The notes below the pieces were generated by a model. That model worked only from the letters and a program-made list of their open reading frames with translations, searched no databases and was not told the origin of the DNA. The position numbers and the translations under genes are program-made. A stretch of 64,000 nucleotides of DNA. It comes from Lama guanicoe (Eukaryota). The stretch spans positions 3,377,130 through 3,441,129 of the forward strand of contig MU054391.1 in NCBI GenBank assembly GCA_013239625.1, in the 5' to 3' direction. The number at the start of each line of letters is the position of its first letter. Positions within the stretch are counted from its first letter, which is position 1. This document shows, piece after piece, positions 49,673 to 63,689 of this stretch.

Positions 49673-50414
49673 ATACCTATTCCTGTTCTGTGCCTAGGGC
49701 TCTGACGCTGAATCCAGCCGTAAGATTTAGAATCAAATTGATACGAATCTGCCTTTGCTTACAGCCTCATACGTTCGTGGATCTAAGTTACTTAGCCCTT
49801 CAGTGGGTTCCTGCTACATTATTTCCAAGATGGAATAAAAATGCTCACCTCAAAGCATTTTTTAGGGGCGTCAGATATTACATAGAAACCAGCTGGTATA
49901 TTGCAGGTGCTAAATAAATGTAAAGAGCCAGCTCTCCTGAAGCCGTCTGCCTGCCTGAGAGCTCCACGTGAGCTTGTCTATTCTTCCTGCGATGCTAACC
50001 TCACGTGCAGGGAAGACCACAAGGTTTTTTGATCCCTGATGTCACTAATGGTGAATTTCCTCTCCCAGCAGCCCTGCTTCCAGATGGCCTCAGACCTGAC
50101 CATTGCCCCACTGGCTATGCCACAAAATACATGTGGGAGCTTTCCCTGGCGCCGTCAGTCACAAGTACCGCGACGCTGCTGTTTTTGTTTGGTTGGTTTT
50201 TGTTTTCCTTTCCTTCAAAACTCTCTGCATTTGTGTCAGAGACTCTCAGACTATTTCTACTGCCACACAGGCCTGTTTCTGTGGTTTTCTAAGCTTAGCG
50301 TGATGTGGTTTCCCAAAGTGTGAGGACACATTTCTTCAGTTAGAAGATCTGCTTATTGCTAGTGTTCTTTTTTGATGACCATGTACCATTTTGGTATATT
50401 CCAGATCTCATTAC

Positions 50415-50862
50415 TGACACTAATTTAACTTCTCACCCGTTCCTGTACCTGTGCCCTTGGGTGTGAGACTCGGAGCTCCTCCCTCCCGTGGAAGCAGGAT
50501 ACTTTCCCCACCCTTTACTTGGGGCTTGGCTTTGCTTTGATCAAGAGAATATGGAGGAAGTGACGGTGTGTCAGTTCCAGGCGGAGACTTTAAGAAGCCT
50601 CGTGTGTTTCCACTTGCTCCCTCACACTTCTGCCATCGCTGTGAGAAGATAAACACACCTGGGCTACTCTGTGCATCTCAGAAGAATGATTAAAAACAAT
50701 TGGAGACGAACTGCCTCTGCAGAGTTACCTGCTATGTCCCTTTTAGTTCAGCCACCCTCCAGCCAGCCCATCAAATCAGAACTGATAATAACATTACAGG
50801 ATGTGCTTTTAAGCCCCTTAGTTTTAGGTGGCTTATTTTATAGAAAAGTTAACCAGTGAAAA
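50415..50862 (+). mobile_element. MaLR LTR (MLT1I/J-like)
   Basis: ggaagtgacggtgtgtcagttccaggc..tttaagaagcc..cttctgccatcgctgtgagaaga..ttttaagccccttagtttta. Confidence 0.8.
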
Positions 50863-51837
50863 GGATATAAAGTATCCTGTAGATGCAACGTAATTTTCCA
50901 ATTACACAGGAATTTTGTACACTTTGCATTTATTATTACTGACACTGATTTAAAAGGGAAATACAAATTTGCAAATATGATTGGGTTTGGTGGGGCAGTG
51001 GAAGAGCAGATCTGATTCTAATGGTCCTTTTCAACAGATAGGGTTTTCCTAAACAGTCCGGTCTTTCAGCCTTTGCTTTTCCCTTCTCTGTTCGTACCTG
51101 CTGTCACATTTTGCTTCAGGAATGCATTGAATGACTATCATCTGGGGAAGCATCTTTGGAACAGAATGAGTTCTTGAAGGGCTTCCCTCGAAAACTGATG
51201 TTTTCCAAAATGCCAACCTGACAGAAGAGCCAAGAGGAGAAATGGACCGGTCTGTGATTTGCTGCCTTCCTCTCTATGATGTGTCCGTGATTGTGGAACA
51301 GTGAGGAAAATTGCTAAATCTCCAACTTTCTGCAGTGTGTCATTTTTTCTTGAGGTTATGGCGATCACCCAGGTCTCAGCATCTTACAGGAACTTGCAAT
51401 AGAATACATTCCAAGTGAATTGTAAATGACCAAAAGTGACTTGATCAGAAGCATTCAATTTATAACAAGATTCGCCACTTCAAAGTCAATTCCATCTTTT
51501 ATTATCCAGCAGATAGAGGATGAATCATTTTCTGTGGATTGCACTAAGTTCACATACTGGATACTTACAAGGTTACAATTATTAAGATCCAGGGTCGGAC
51601 CATGAGGACCACACTGTGTTTCACTCCATGGTACTGTCATTGTCTCAAAAATGGAATTTTCTTTAATTTTAAGTCTATGTGGTCACATTTCTAGACACTG
51701 TGTTGCTCACCAAAATTCAACTCCAATATGCACCTTCCCATACCTGTTTACCACACACTTTGCACTTTCACACACTCTGTTCATTTTGCAGTCAATTCTG
51801 TAACATTTCTCACACACATCACACCAAATGTGCTCCT

Positions 51838-52973
51838 TTTTTAATTTTTTTTTACTTTTTTAAATCTTGTTTTACTTTTTATTTTTTAACTTTTTTATCG
51901 AGTTATAGTCATTTTACAATGTTGTGTCAAATTCCAGTGTAGAGCACAATTTTTCAGTTATACATGAACATACATATATTCATTGTCACATTTTATTCTC
52001 TGTGAGCTACCACAAGATCTTGTATATATTTCCCTATGCTGTACAGTACAATCTTGTTTATCTGTTCTACATTTTGAAATCCCAGTCTGTCCCTTCCCAC
52101 CCCCTCTCCCCCTTGGCAACCACAAATTTGTATTCTATGTCTGTGAGTCTGTTTCTGTTTTGTATTTATATTCTTTTCTTTTTTCTTTTTCAGATTCCAC
52201 CTATGAGCGATCTCATATGGTATTTTTCTTTCTCTTTCTGGCTTCACTTAGAATGACATTCTCCAGGGACATACATGTTGCTGCAAATGGTGTTATGTTG
52301 TCAGTTTTTATGGCTGAGTAGTATTCCATTGTATAAATATACCACCCCTTCTTTATCCAGTCATCTGTTGATGGACATTTAGGCCGTTTCCATGTCTTAG
52401 CTATTGTAAATAGTGCTGCTATGAACATTAGGGTGCAGGTGTCTTTTTAAAGTAGGGTTCCTTCTAGATATATGCCCAGGAGTGGGATTGCTGGGTCATA
52501 TGGTAAGTCTATTCCTAGTCTTCTGAGGAATCTCCATACTGTTTTCCACAGTGGCTGCACCAAACTGCATTCCCACCAGCAGTGAAGGAGGGTTCCCCTT
52601 TCTCCACAGCCTCTCCAGCATTTGTCATTTGTGGACTTTTGAATGATGGCCATTCTGACTGGTGTGAGGTGATACCTCATTCTATTTTTGATTTGCATTT
52701 CTCTGATAATTAGTGCTATAGAGCATTTTATCATGTGCCTATTGATCATTTGTATTTTTCCTTGGAGAATTGCTTGTTTAGGTCTTCTGCCCATTTTTGG
52801 AAGTGGTTGTGTGTTTTTTTCTTATCAAGTCGTATAAGCTGCTTATATATTCTGGAGATCAAGCCTTTGTCAGTTTCATTTGCAAAAATTCCCTCTTATT
52901 CCATAGGTTGTCATTTTACTTTACTTATGGTTTCCTTTGCTGTGCAGAAGCTTGTAAGTTTAATTAGGTCCCA
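51838..52973 (-). mobile_element. Relatively young 5'-truncated L1 (ORF2 C-terminus + 3' UTR + poly-A) with 17-bp TSD
   Basis: Minus-strand ORFs 52447-52794 ([44 protein letters not shown]) and 52213-52428 (MFIAALFTIAKTWK.PKCPS) are frameshifted L1 ORF2p C-terminal sequence. TSD acaccaaatgtgctcct (51821) / acaccagatgtgctctt (52974). Confidence 0.97.
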
Positions 52974-54626
52974 ACACCAGATGTGCTCTTGCTGTGTGAA
53001 TCATGGACGCCCGTTGTCTGCTCCAGCGGAACCTGGTCACATCCCTCCCCATCAGCTCTCTGCCCCACCACCCAAGCCAAAGTTTTTGCTGCAAATCAGA
53101 GGACATGGAGGAGAGGTAGAAAATGTAAACCTGACTGAGACTGAAATTATGTGACTTTATGCTAATTAAGTTCTAGGCAATCAGGTAAAATGTCTATTGG
53201 CATGCAAATTAAATTCAGCTGTAGACGCTTGAGAACTCTGTACCCGCCAAACTCAACAATTCCAATAATAATATCCTGGGATCAATGTTATGAAATGGAA
53301 ATGTACATGCTGTCCAAGCGGTGGGGAGGAGAGGTGAGCAGTGATCAGGGAAGATGCTACCTTTGGTCACCATCTGCTCCTTTTCCAGTTAGATGCAGTG
53401 AGTCTGGAACAGGCTATGTCCCTGTCCTGGAGTTACATCACTAAGTTTTGCTAGAGCCACACTTTGAAGCCCAGTAAGTTTTAATCAAATATCCATGTTC
53501 TTGCCTTTTCACTCTGCTGGGGAAAAGTCTGAAAAGAATCTTTCAAATTAATATATATTTGGCATTTAAATATTTTCTATTTTTTATCAAACTATGCATA
53601 TAATACATACTGTCAAATCAATATTGCAAAGGATGATTTTTTTTCTATATTGGTAAAATAACCCGACATTTCAGATCTCATTTTTTCATGACTTTTTTCA
53701 CTCATGATTGATTTACTTCTATTGGATTCTATGTAGAGCTGTCTCTGGACAAGGGGAGAAAAGGCTACTGTTGTCTCCTTAGTACCTTCTGAGGAAGACT
53801 GATAAAGCCGAGTAGTCGTCTATAGCCCGGGGAAGGTTAGTTCTAACTGTGGCACCAAAGAAGCCTATTGCGAAGAGGCACCGGTGTTTATAAACGTCAA
53901 GGCCACAGAGCAGTAATTCAAGCACCACGAGCTGGGTCTCGCTTACCCAATTTGGCCACCTCTCCATCCCTGCAATTCTGCGAATCCATGTGGAGCACGG
54001 AACCCAAATGGGGATGGTGAGGCATTTAGTGCAGAATCAAACTCACTCCTTTAGTGAATGGCCTCAGACTCGAATTAAGTCTCTTGTTTGATCAAGATGT
54101 TAGAGTCAAGGAGGTACCAAGAGTCCATGCCACTCTGAGGCGGAGCGGCCAGGTGTTGGCTCACTGATGGAGTGCTAAGATTCGGGTTCACAGACACCCT
54201 GCGGGATCCTTGAGAAGCAATTAATGCCAAGCTTTGGCTTCGCAGCCGAGAAACACTGTCTTCAGCCCGGACTCTGCAGTTGTGCGCTGTGGACGCAGGA
54301 TGAGTTCGTGAACCGTGCTGACCCTCTGTGTCCATACCTAGGAAAGGTGTCCTTCACCCCGGTAGCGTGTCCTGTGGCTGTCTCCCAAGACTGGCGCTCG
54401 TGGGGACTCGACAGATGGCAGTTACAGCACGATGATGTCTCCCCTGGGTGAAGACACTTACCCTTCCACACAACTTGCTCCCCGACATGCTGTACAAAGG
54501 GGGGAGATGTGTGCATTCATCTGTCAAATACTGAAGCTCAGAGACGTGCTGTTGGCATTTTCCTGGCTCCTCTAACATAAAAGGAAGGGGAAAAATTAGT
54601 GTCATCTTCATCGCTATGGCTGAAAT

Positions 54627-55007
54627 TATTAAAAGATAAACTGAGGCATATTTTAAAATTTTGAAGAGCTTGAGCAGAAATCAATTTGAATCAATTCTAA
54701 TTCGGCAGAGAGAAAGGCGCTCAGAGGAGCTGTGCAAAATGAAAGACTTTCGCAGGCAGGAGGGTGTAGGGATGAGGAAATTGCACCGGGCAAAAAAGCA
54801 GGCTGGTTATTGCAGATTTACTTTCCTTTATGGGATGTCAGGGATCCACCAGGCAGGATACCTGACTAGTGCTGTCCAGCTGATGTCTGACTGCCTGGTT
54901 CAAGGTCCCATTTCTGGGGGAGCTGAATCTGTAATTAAGTCACGGTTTGGTGATGTGAGACTTTGCAAAAATGACTCCATTTGGGGCTTGTTGTCTTGTT
55001 TTTAACA
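54627..55007 (-). mobile_element. ERV1 solo LTR with 4-bp TSD
   Basis: tattaaaagataaactgaggcata...gactccatttggggcttgttgtcttgtttttaaca, TSD aaat at 54623-54626 and 55008-55011. Confidence 0.85.
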
Positions 55008-56479
55008 AAATGATTTGATTCTTTCTGAGGAAGGGGAATGACATGAAACTGATCAGAACACACACAGACACACAGACACGGTGATGAACACAAGTTTTAG
55101 TGGCTTCTTGGAGAAGAATCAGATCCAGTTGATAATACTTGACTACCAAGGGCCAGTTCTGCATTTTCCTGAAAAGTGTCAGATTTTAGTTTTGGTTACT
55201 TTTAAGGAACATTCACATGCCTTGTGTTTGCGAGGGCTGGGGTGTGTTCACCATGTAGGTGTCTCTGGACGAAGGGGCCATTGCTTCCAGGTAACTAAAG
55301 GCAAATGGACAAGGCAGATGTTGGTTAATAACAAGAAATAGATTCGAGTCCAGCGGCAAGCCCTGAACCCAGCGCAAGTGACCCACATGCCACCTCGGCC
55401 AAGAGCCAGCTCGTGGTTCCTGCTGAGCCAGGATCACAGATGCACCAGGCAAACCAGCCCCGTCCTCGTGGTCAGAGAGAGCCCTCCGGGACACAAAGAA
55501 GAACTTCCGCTGAAATGGTCGCACGTGGCTGTCTCTGCCTCGGGAATTCTTCTCTAAAGGACTTAAGCTCCCAGGAATCATGAGAGACAATGAGAAGATT
55601 TGAGTAAAGCCCCACCCTCCCCCAACTCCACGGCTGTCCTGTGACAAACCACCCTATGCATTTCGGTCCTTTAACGTCAAAACAAAAGAAATGTGCCGTT
55701 CGGAGGTGAGGGGGACACAGCCATAACCTTTTCCTTCTCAGAGGTACAAAATTCAGCATTTGTAGGATTCTTGCTAAAAAAATGGAACTTTATTTGGAGA
55801 TGGAGAAGAAAAGAAAAATCATCTCACGCTGCTTTGAAAGGGAGGACTTGGCCAGGGTGCGGGTTGTTTCTCCCCTGGCAAGGGCGGCTTTCTCGGTTTT
55901 TAGAGTGCAACGAGCAAGAAGGGTTTTAAATATCATCTAAATAACAACAGACCCCTTCGAAGCCACCCGCTCCCACCGATTCTGAGCAGACACCACTTTT
56001 GCACAAGTCCGTATTGTCAGTCAAATGCTCCCATGAAATTAGTCTGGGTAACAGCAGTTTTATGCACATTTTCACAAGTCACACCATTTTATGATTACAT
56101 ATCAAAGCCATTCACGATGCCAACCAATCTGTCAGCATTTAAATGAGGCATTTTGGAAGAAAAAAAAGTCAGACGCAGCGTAAATGTGAGTCGTGTTGCA
56201 GCATTATAAACCACGCTCTGGTGGGGATGGAATGTATCTGGGTCCTCCGTAAGTCGCGTGTTGCTTCTTTTGATGAAGCAAGATTAATTCCCCAGAAGTA
56301 CCCCTGCAGGGGAGACAGCAGCTCCTCCTGAGAATATGAATGAGAAGTACCTGCCAACGCGAGCCCTCCTTTTCTCCTTTTTACACACCTGTATGCAGGG
56401 CCGGTTTTAGGCAAAACTGTGAAGGGGGCAGATTTGACGTCCAGAACTGTGTTTTGAAAGCACGTGGCATGGTATTTAG

Positions 56480-56610
56480 GAAAGAATCTGGGAGCCAGAC
56501 AGATCTGCATTTCAATATCCTCTGTCATGTATTAAATAGTTGCTTAAGGCAGCTCACTGGAGCTCTAAGAACCTCAATTTGTTCTTCTGTTAAATGGAAA
56601 TAATTATGTC
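56480..56610 (+). mobile_element. MIR
   Basis: ggagccagacagatctgcatttcaa..acctcaatttgttcttctgttaaatggaaataat. Confidence 0.7.
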
Positions 56611-57892
56611 AGTTCTAGGGTGGATGTGCCTAAATTCCCTTCTCCTATCCATCTTGGGACAAGACTAAAATCGTTGCATACAGAGAACTCTTTCTAAGGT
56701 ACCAATATTTATTTTGATTAGCTGGTCTTCCATGGATCATTTTCCATATTTTAAATGTGTTTACTTCACCATGTTACTGAATTTTATTGTAGCTTCATCA
56801 AATCCACATGGAGAAAGGAGAATGTGTAACTAAACGGCAATGAAATGCCCACAGGTTCTTAATTCTCAAGATGGTATGAAGAGCCGACCGCAAGTCAGAG
56901 CTGCGTTTCCCGGGGGGCATGCATCGTCTCTGATCATCAGGCCCACGCGCTGCAGGTCTGACGGCGAGGCTTCAGGCGCAGTCAGAAAGCACAAACTCAC
57001 GCAGGATGTGCGCGTGAGGGGTGCGGCGAGGAGAGTGTGCGGCCCTCTTCAGCGCCTCCGAAATCAGCCCATATGGGAGAACGTTTGCTCCATCCTCCGG
57101 TCAGGCTGGCCCTGCCAACGCGAGATACTGAAACCACTGAGATCTCATCTGCCCCGTTGAATCAAAATTGAAAGGATCAGTTCAAACCAGATGGACCGGG
57201 AAACGGCAGTAATTGCCGATGAGGGTCTCTGTTTGAATTTAAAGCGCCCAGTCCCAGCAGGGTGTGAGGGCCAGAGCAGTCCCAAACACTGCCCTCTGGC
57301 CCTCCAGTCATCGCCAGGGTCTGAGCTAACTTTTGGCAAGGGCCCACTAGCTACCCTGTTCCATCCTGAGGCTGGATTCACAGACTCGGGCTGGACTTAA
57401 CGGTGAGTTTAAGAGCAAAGGAAGAGAAAAAGATGATGAAATCCTGATGGCAGCCAAGTCAACTGGTTTCAGGGAAATGTAAGGCTCAATGTCGAAGAGA
57501 TTACATACAAATACCAAGTTCATTGACCAGAGTTGGGAGAAGAGACATTGAATTGGACCCCCATGGAGAATCAGAGAGCTAGAACACCAGGAAGTAGGAG
57601 GTGGGTTCAGGACACCATGGGTGGTTGTTACAATACCTTGGGTGTCAGTAGTTGTTCCCGTAGGCGTATAGCCTTGGCTGAGCTCATGTCAGAGTCCGAG
57701 AAAACACAGGCTCTTTCTGCCTGGTCTCCTTTTCTGGGTGCAGAAAGCATAGCCCTTGAAAAGGATCCTGAAACTGGAAGTCAAGGTGAGCAGAAATAAC
57801 TAACAACTACCAAGGTAATGAGGAACAAGTCTAGGGAACTCATGAACAGAAGTAAAGCATCATGTCTAAGGGCAAGGAGCCAGCCTGGGATC

Positions 57893-58273
57893 TGTTAAGA
57901 ACTGAGTGGGTGTGTCCTCCCCAAAGTCCTGTACTGACGTCCTAAGCCCCAGTGTGATGGTATTAGAGTCAAGACCTTTGGGAGGCAAATAGGGTTAGGT
58001 TAGGTAACAAGGGACCCTCATGATGGGGTTCGTGTCCTTTGAAGAAGAGGAAGAGAGAAAGAATTCTCTTCTCTGCACGTGCACAGGGGACACCATATGA
58101 GGCACGGTTGTAAGACAGCCACCTGCAAGTCAGAAAGGGGGCTCTCACCGGAGCCCAACCCTGATGGCACTTTGATCTTGGACTTCCAGCCTCCAGATCT
58201 GTGAGATAAGGAATCTGTCGGTTAAGCTACCCAGTCTGTGGCATTTTGTTATAGCAGCTTGAGCTGACTGAGA
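57893..58273 (+). mobile_element. MaLR solo LTR (MLT1A-like)
   Basis: ccccagtgtgatggtattag, ggcactttgatcttggacttccagcctccagatctgtgag, cccagtctgtggcattttgttatagcagc. Confidence 0.92.
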
Positions 58274-58671
58274 TCAGACCACAGGCAAAGTGTCAGCAGA
58301 AAACAAAAGTTCCGCTGGGGGCTGTGGGCGGGAGGCACGGGGCGGAGCCCACAGGTCTCGGGGGAAGGGCATGTTCCCTGTTCCGTCCCTGGGGAGGGGC
58401 TGCATGAGCTGCAGAAGATGTCCATCTTGAGGGGTAAGCAGAAAGCCAGTGTTTACAGAACAGCATGGGATGGGACCTCCTCCGCTTCTACCAGGGAGGG
58501 GCTTGTGGGGCAAAGGTGAGACAACCAATTCAAAGAGATCTGTGTGGGCGGAGACCCTGAGGCCAGACCAGGAGAATGGCTTCATCTGAGGAGGAGACAG
58601 AGTGAAGCTGAGCCTCATCCGCTGGATGAAGGATGGAGTAGGAGGAGGGGCCATTCAAATGATATGAAGGA

Positions 58672-58817
58672 TAAGTTCATCCGTGTCTTCTTTTTTCTCT
58701 TTTTTTTTAGATTCCGCATATGAGTGCTATCACATGGTATGCGTGTGGATGACTGAAATATGATGCCCTACACCAGAAACTGACACACTGTCACTGACTA
58801 CACTTCAACAAAAGGAG
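58672..58817 (+). mobile_element. Very short 5'-inverted L1 insertion with 14-bp TSD
   Basis: 58672-58740 antisense 3' UTR piece, 58741-58813 sense L1 3' terminus. TSD aatgatatgaagga (58658) / aatgatgtgaagga (58818). Confidence 0.85.
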
Positions 58818-61800
58818 AATGATGTGAAGGAAAGCAGTCCATCACAATTAACCATGGAGGCCAGCGTGGGGCCGGGGATGCGGATCCCAGCAGACACAGA
58901 GGTACTCTGGGGAGAGCGACAGAGGGCCGCAGAGAGGCAGTTACAACAGTGCCACATGAGTGATGGCCAAGAGCCTGGGGGAGGGAGGGGGTGGGACTGA
59001 GGACCAGAAGCAGTGGCAGAGCTCAAAGAGGGAGAGTGAGGAAATGCAGAGCCAGAGAGAGACTTAAAGGTGATTTCGAAGAAGGAATAGTCTTCCCTGA
59101 ACACAGACATTCATTCAGAAATGGACTGAAATCTCCAGCAAGAGTTTCAGGTTCATAAATAGCCTATTTAGGATCAAAAGATGCCCTTGATAGGGAGCAC
59201 GCTTCACTATTCATTTGTTCTTTCTCACGTGCAGAGGCCCCCACAACTGCAGGCTCGTGGTCATATTATTTTAAATATTAAAAAATAATTCAGAAATGTG
59301 AGGTTTAGAGGCTGAGGCACTTTTTCAGATCCCCGCAGCTGCTCAGGAACCGGCCCAGTACAGAGCCTGGCACTGAACAGTCCTTTAATAAGCGTGTTGA
59401 ATTTGGATTCTTTCACTCCAGGATGCTGAAAATTTATCATTAAATTAACATTTTTCAGAAATTATCAAAGTGTAGTTCTCCAAATTCTATATTTTACAAA
59501 AACATCAAAATAGAAATATTATTCAAAATATAAGTAAATTTGGTGGAAAAGTAAGTAAATATATTTGTAGTCACTGACAGTAAACACATTGTTGCCACAT
59601 TATCCAAATACACTCAGTTTTTCTTGCAGATCTTTTGATATATTTTGTTATTACAATAAATTTCTAAATCTTTCATTTGTTGTCAAAGCTGTTCTTTATA
59701 TCAGCCTTACTAAAGTGAGCTTTCAGGAAAAGTTGCTTAATTCTAAATGTCTGGGTTCTTCTGTAATGTTTCCTATTAATAGTATATGAATTTATGATTT
59801 TTTTTTAATTTAATGAAATACTATAGAAATTAGTAAGGCCCTGAGTGGTGACAGATAATGGAATGCATTTAATGTAAATCATTTATCCAAATCAGGTATC
59901 CGGTTTCATATATTAAACTGCATACCCATAATCATAAATTTAAGAGTGATAACTTGTATTACCTGATTTTAGAGATAGAAGCTAAAACTTGCCAGTGCTC
60001 GTTTGGCTACATTGTCCCCTATTAAATCATTCTCCTAGTATTTACTGTCTCGGGTGTGGAGCATTTTAAGAGTGGTGTTGGATTATTCTGGTTATTGTCA
60101 AAAGCAGGTATTCTGATAGCTTTTCTGAGTCAAATGAGCTAGATGATACCAATGTGCAAAATGTATGTCATGTGATCTCATTCTCATCTCATGTCCAAAA
60201 CATATAAAAGATATGACACACATATGCATGGTGTATGCAAGAGTCTTGGCAGCCTCGAGGACAGAACTGTTGACTGATTGAGGGAACTTTCTGTGAAGGG
60301 TGAAGGAGGAGGGAGCAGGCCTTCCAGCCTCGATGCAGTTCCAACACCTTTGAAAGGAGAGCAAGAAGAAAGGAGCGCGTCAGAACAGTCGCAGCACAAT
60401 GGAGTGCTGAAGAAATCTCAACCAAGCCAGCGTATGCCCCCAGGTGTAACCCGCCGGTGATAGCAAGAATCTGTCAGCACGAGGGCTCCCCCTGTACTCG
60501 GTTGAAGGCCAGGAGCAGCCTAGAAGGAGCATGGCTCAGCATTCACGGGTGCAGAGACGAGAGGCTTCACTGGCCTCTGCTTCCCACAGCAGGTTTTGTC
60601 AAGATCCAAGTGGCCCATTTCCACAGCTACCACACAGTCTGTATAGGAGTAAAACTAGCACATTTCCCGAAGTCGAAATTAGTCAGTCTGTTATAGCATC
60701 ACACATGGGGCCCAACAGCCCAGGCTAGGCTTACCACGTCAAACTCAGTCCGCGTGTCCTTCCGTCCCTCTCCGTTGAGTGCGTGTGTTACCAGGGTATG
60801 TGCAGTAACACACAAGCCCGACAAGCTCTGCTGGCTCACCAAAATTAATCCTATTTCTAGTTTGTAAAGAGCTGACTTTGGTCCAGGAGACTTCCCAGGG
60901 CAGTAGTCCTCTTGGTGGCGGCTCAGTGGTCCAGAATGACATCTCATTGTCAGCCCGTGCCGCAGGGGTTACTGTGGCAGAAAAACGTGTGTCGGAGGGT
61001 CTTCGGCTTGGAAGGGGCACACACCTCACTCGCTTTGCATCTTCCAGGACTAGTCCAATAACTAATATGGAAGTATGGGAACAAGATGGCTCTCTGTCCT
61101 TGGAAGGAGATGAGAACTGGGTAGAGCTTGGAAGTTTCTAGTAGGCTCAAACAATTGCAATAGTCAGTTCATCCCTAAGGTGACCTTGTAGACCTTAAAG
61201 AGAGTCATGAGGAAGTCATACCTTGCACACTAGGATGTACCAGCTTTTCTAGAAAATATCTAGAAATTTCCAGAAACACCTGTCCTGTTGGTGCTAGAAG
61301 GATTCTCTGGGAACTAGGGGTGCTTCAGGGCAAACAACGTGGGCTTATAATGAGAGTATTGCAAAAAAAAAAAATGCTATTGGAGAACTAAGGGGAAGAA
61401 AACTTTCCATCCTGAATGCTTACCCTATACAAAAATATTTTCATAAATTTGTCCTGCTTTTAATTTTGAGAAAGCTAATTGGTATTTATATAATCAAGAC
61501 ACTTTTCAAAGGAGCCCCACTACTCATGGTGATGTAAAGTGGAGAAAAGTGCTCTGTGTTGGCAAAAACAACCATATGTTTCACATTAAAAAAAAAATCC
61601 TGACTATATCTCTTTCCATTGGCATTTCCATCCAGTCCCCAAAGAAAAGAGGTGACAAAACGAATAGTGTACCGGTGAAGGGTCTGTTAAGCTATCCGAT
61701 CTCCAGGTATCATGTGGGCACCTGCTGCCGCGCCCGCCTCGTGGCTCCCGCCCGGCTGGAGGGCACACCCAGGCTGGTCCTCGGCGCCGGCTCACTCAGC

Positions 61801-62899
61801 CCACCAAGGCCCGGCCATGTCAGCACCTCCATCTCCGCACCTCCCAACCGTCATCAGCCCCCGACAGCACATATTTCCCAACTGCTTTACAAGCTGCTGT
61901 CAGGAATTTAGTACCTTAAGGCTGACTTCAACACCTTTCTTTCATGTTTTATGTTTTTTCCAGTTTTATAGTCATTACACAGCTGCAGAAAATGGCGACA
62001 AATCAGGCGAATGACTTAAAGCACAGCAGGGAGGGGACAGAGTAGCCATGCCTCTCCACGGTGAGCTCTCAAAGACAGGTAAACCTTTATGAAAGCAGTA
62101 ATAACATTCCGGCCTGCGGGAGGATGCATATTCTGCTTTCTCCGTTGTTTACAGTAAATAAAGCAAATGTCTCTTCCCTCCCTGTGGTTAGAGAGGAGGC
62201 TGTGAGCTCGGCCCTCTGCTCAGGTGCTCCTGGGATGCAGTGGGCAGCCCGGCTCAGCGATGCCTCTGGCCCGACGAGAATGCCCTTCCCTCTCCAGGGG
62301 TGGTTGGTTCCTTCAACAAACACCTCCCTCACTGCTGAGCGAGAGCTGTAACTCAACATGTCCACCAGAGTATTGGTAGAAATGTTACCCTTAGAAAATG
62401 TATGTTTTCTCATTTCACTCTCTTACCTGTAGGGTATTTGAAATCCTTTTCTCAAAGACAGTGGGATTTGGACATGAGCAAGCCCATGGGGAGAGCCTGG
62501 TGGAACAGGCTCAGGCAGGCTCATTTGCCTGAGGGTTTAAGAGCTCCTAGGGGAGAAACCGTGAAGGAGGGAGCCAGACATAAAATATTCCGAGTTCAGC
62601 AGGACAGCCACCATCTGAATTTATAACTTTGCCAAAGCTCTATCTGAAGGCGCAGGCTGTATGGGGAAAATGTGGAGTTACCTCAGTAAAAACGCTGCAG
62701 GGCTGCATGTAGATCAAAAGAGAGAGGGCACGGGGTGCCTCTGTCCAGGGCAGGCGTGAGACAGGAGACACCTGAGTGAGTCCCCAGTGTCGGGAAGAGC
62801 AGGGCAGAAGCGGAGGGAGCAGCACGTGAGGAGGGGGCATCGTGGTCCAGGCGCCATGAGCCAGAGGGGGCGCGTGAGAAGGGAGCGCGCAGAGACAGA

Positions 62900-63115
62900 G
62901 CCATCACCGCTCATCGCCCGCGTTCTCCGCAAGAGAAGAGCGCAGAGTGGGAGAAGAGGACATGTTCCCGGTGGTGTTCAGGGGCGTGAAGAATCAGGAG
63001 GTGCTTCTGAAGATGTGACAAGATCTGGTGGGTGAGTAGAAGTTCGCGGAGTGGAGGGTGAAGAGGAGCTTTTCGGGTAGCGGGGTGCGATGTGCAAAGT
63101 CCCAGGGCCAGGAGG
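62900..63115 (-). mobile_element. L2 fragment
   Basis: gcttctgaagatgtgaca..tgagtagaagttc..atgtgcaaagtcccagggccaggag. Confidence 0.6.
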
Positions 63116-63198
63116 GCCTTCTGTGCGGTCAGGTTCCCCGTCTTCCCGCTTTCCTCCCTTTCCTTGCTCCCTCTAGTAGGAATCCATTGAAGGGTTTC

Positions 63199-63420
63199 TG
63201 TTGTTGTTGTTTGTTAGTTTGTTCACTGAAGCACAGCTGATTTGCAAGGTTGTGTTAGTTTGTGGTGGACAGCATAGTGACTCAGTGATACTTACATATA
63301 TGTTCTTTTTTATTATTTTTCATTATCAGTTATTACAAGCTACTGAACACAGTTCCCTGTGCTCTATGGTAGGTGTTTATCTCTTTTATACGCAGCAGTG
63401 TGTATCTGCAAATCCCAAAC
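63199..63420 (-). mobile_element. L1 3'-terminal fragment
   Basis: tgaagcacagctgatttgcaaggttgtgttagttt..cagcatagtgactcagt..cagttccctgtgct..tgtatctgcaaatcccaaac. Confidence 0.85.
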
Positions 63421-63509
63421 ACTGAAGGATTCGAAGCAGGAGCCAGACACAGCAGGCCCTTTTCCCATCAAAATTTGCACACGGAGCTTGGGGAGGCTCA
63501 GGCCACGAG

Positions 63510-63650
63510 TGTGTATGAGTTAACTTGTTGCTGCTGTAACAGATTGCTGCTAACTTAGTGGGGGAAAAAAAACTCATCATTACAGTTCTGGACATCAGAA
63601 AAATAAAATCAAAGTGTCAGCAAGACTGTGCTACTTCTGGAAGCTCCAAA
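63510..63650 (-). mobile_element. MLT1D/E-like LTR fragment
   Basis: ttgctgctgtaacagattg..aacttagtgg..ttacagttctgga..aatcaaagtgtcagcaagactgtg..ttctggaagctc. Confidence 0.75.
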
Positions 63651-63689
63651 AATCTTGAGATATTCTAGAAAAACACATATCCTACAAAA

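Noticed and set aside
52213..52794. ORFs with protein-like sequence
   Set aside because: Frameshifted L1 ORF2p C-terminus, not a host gene.
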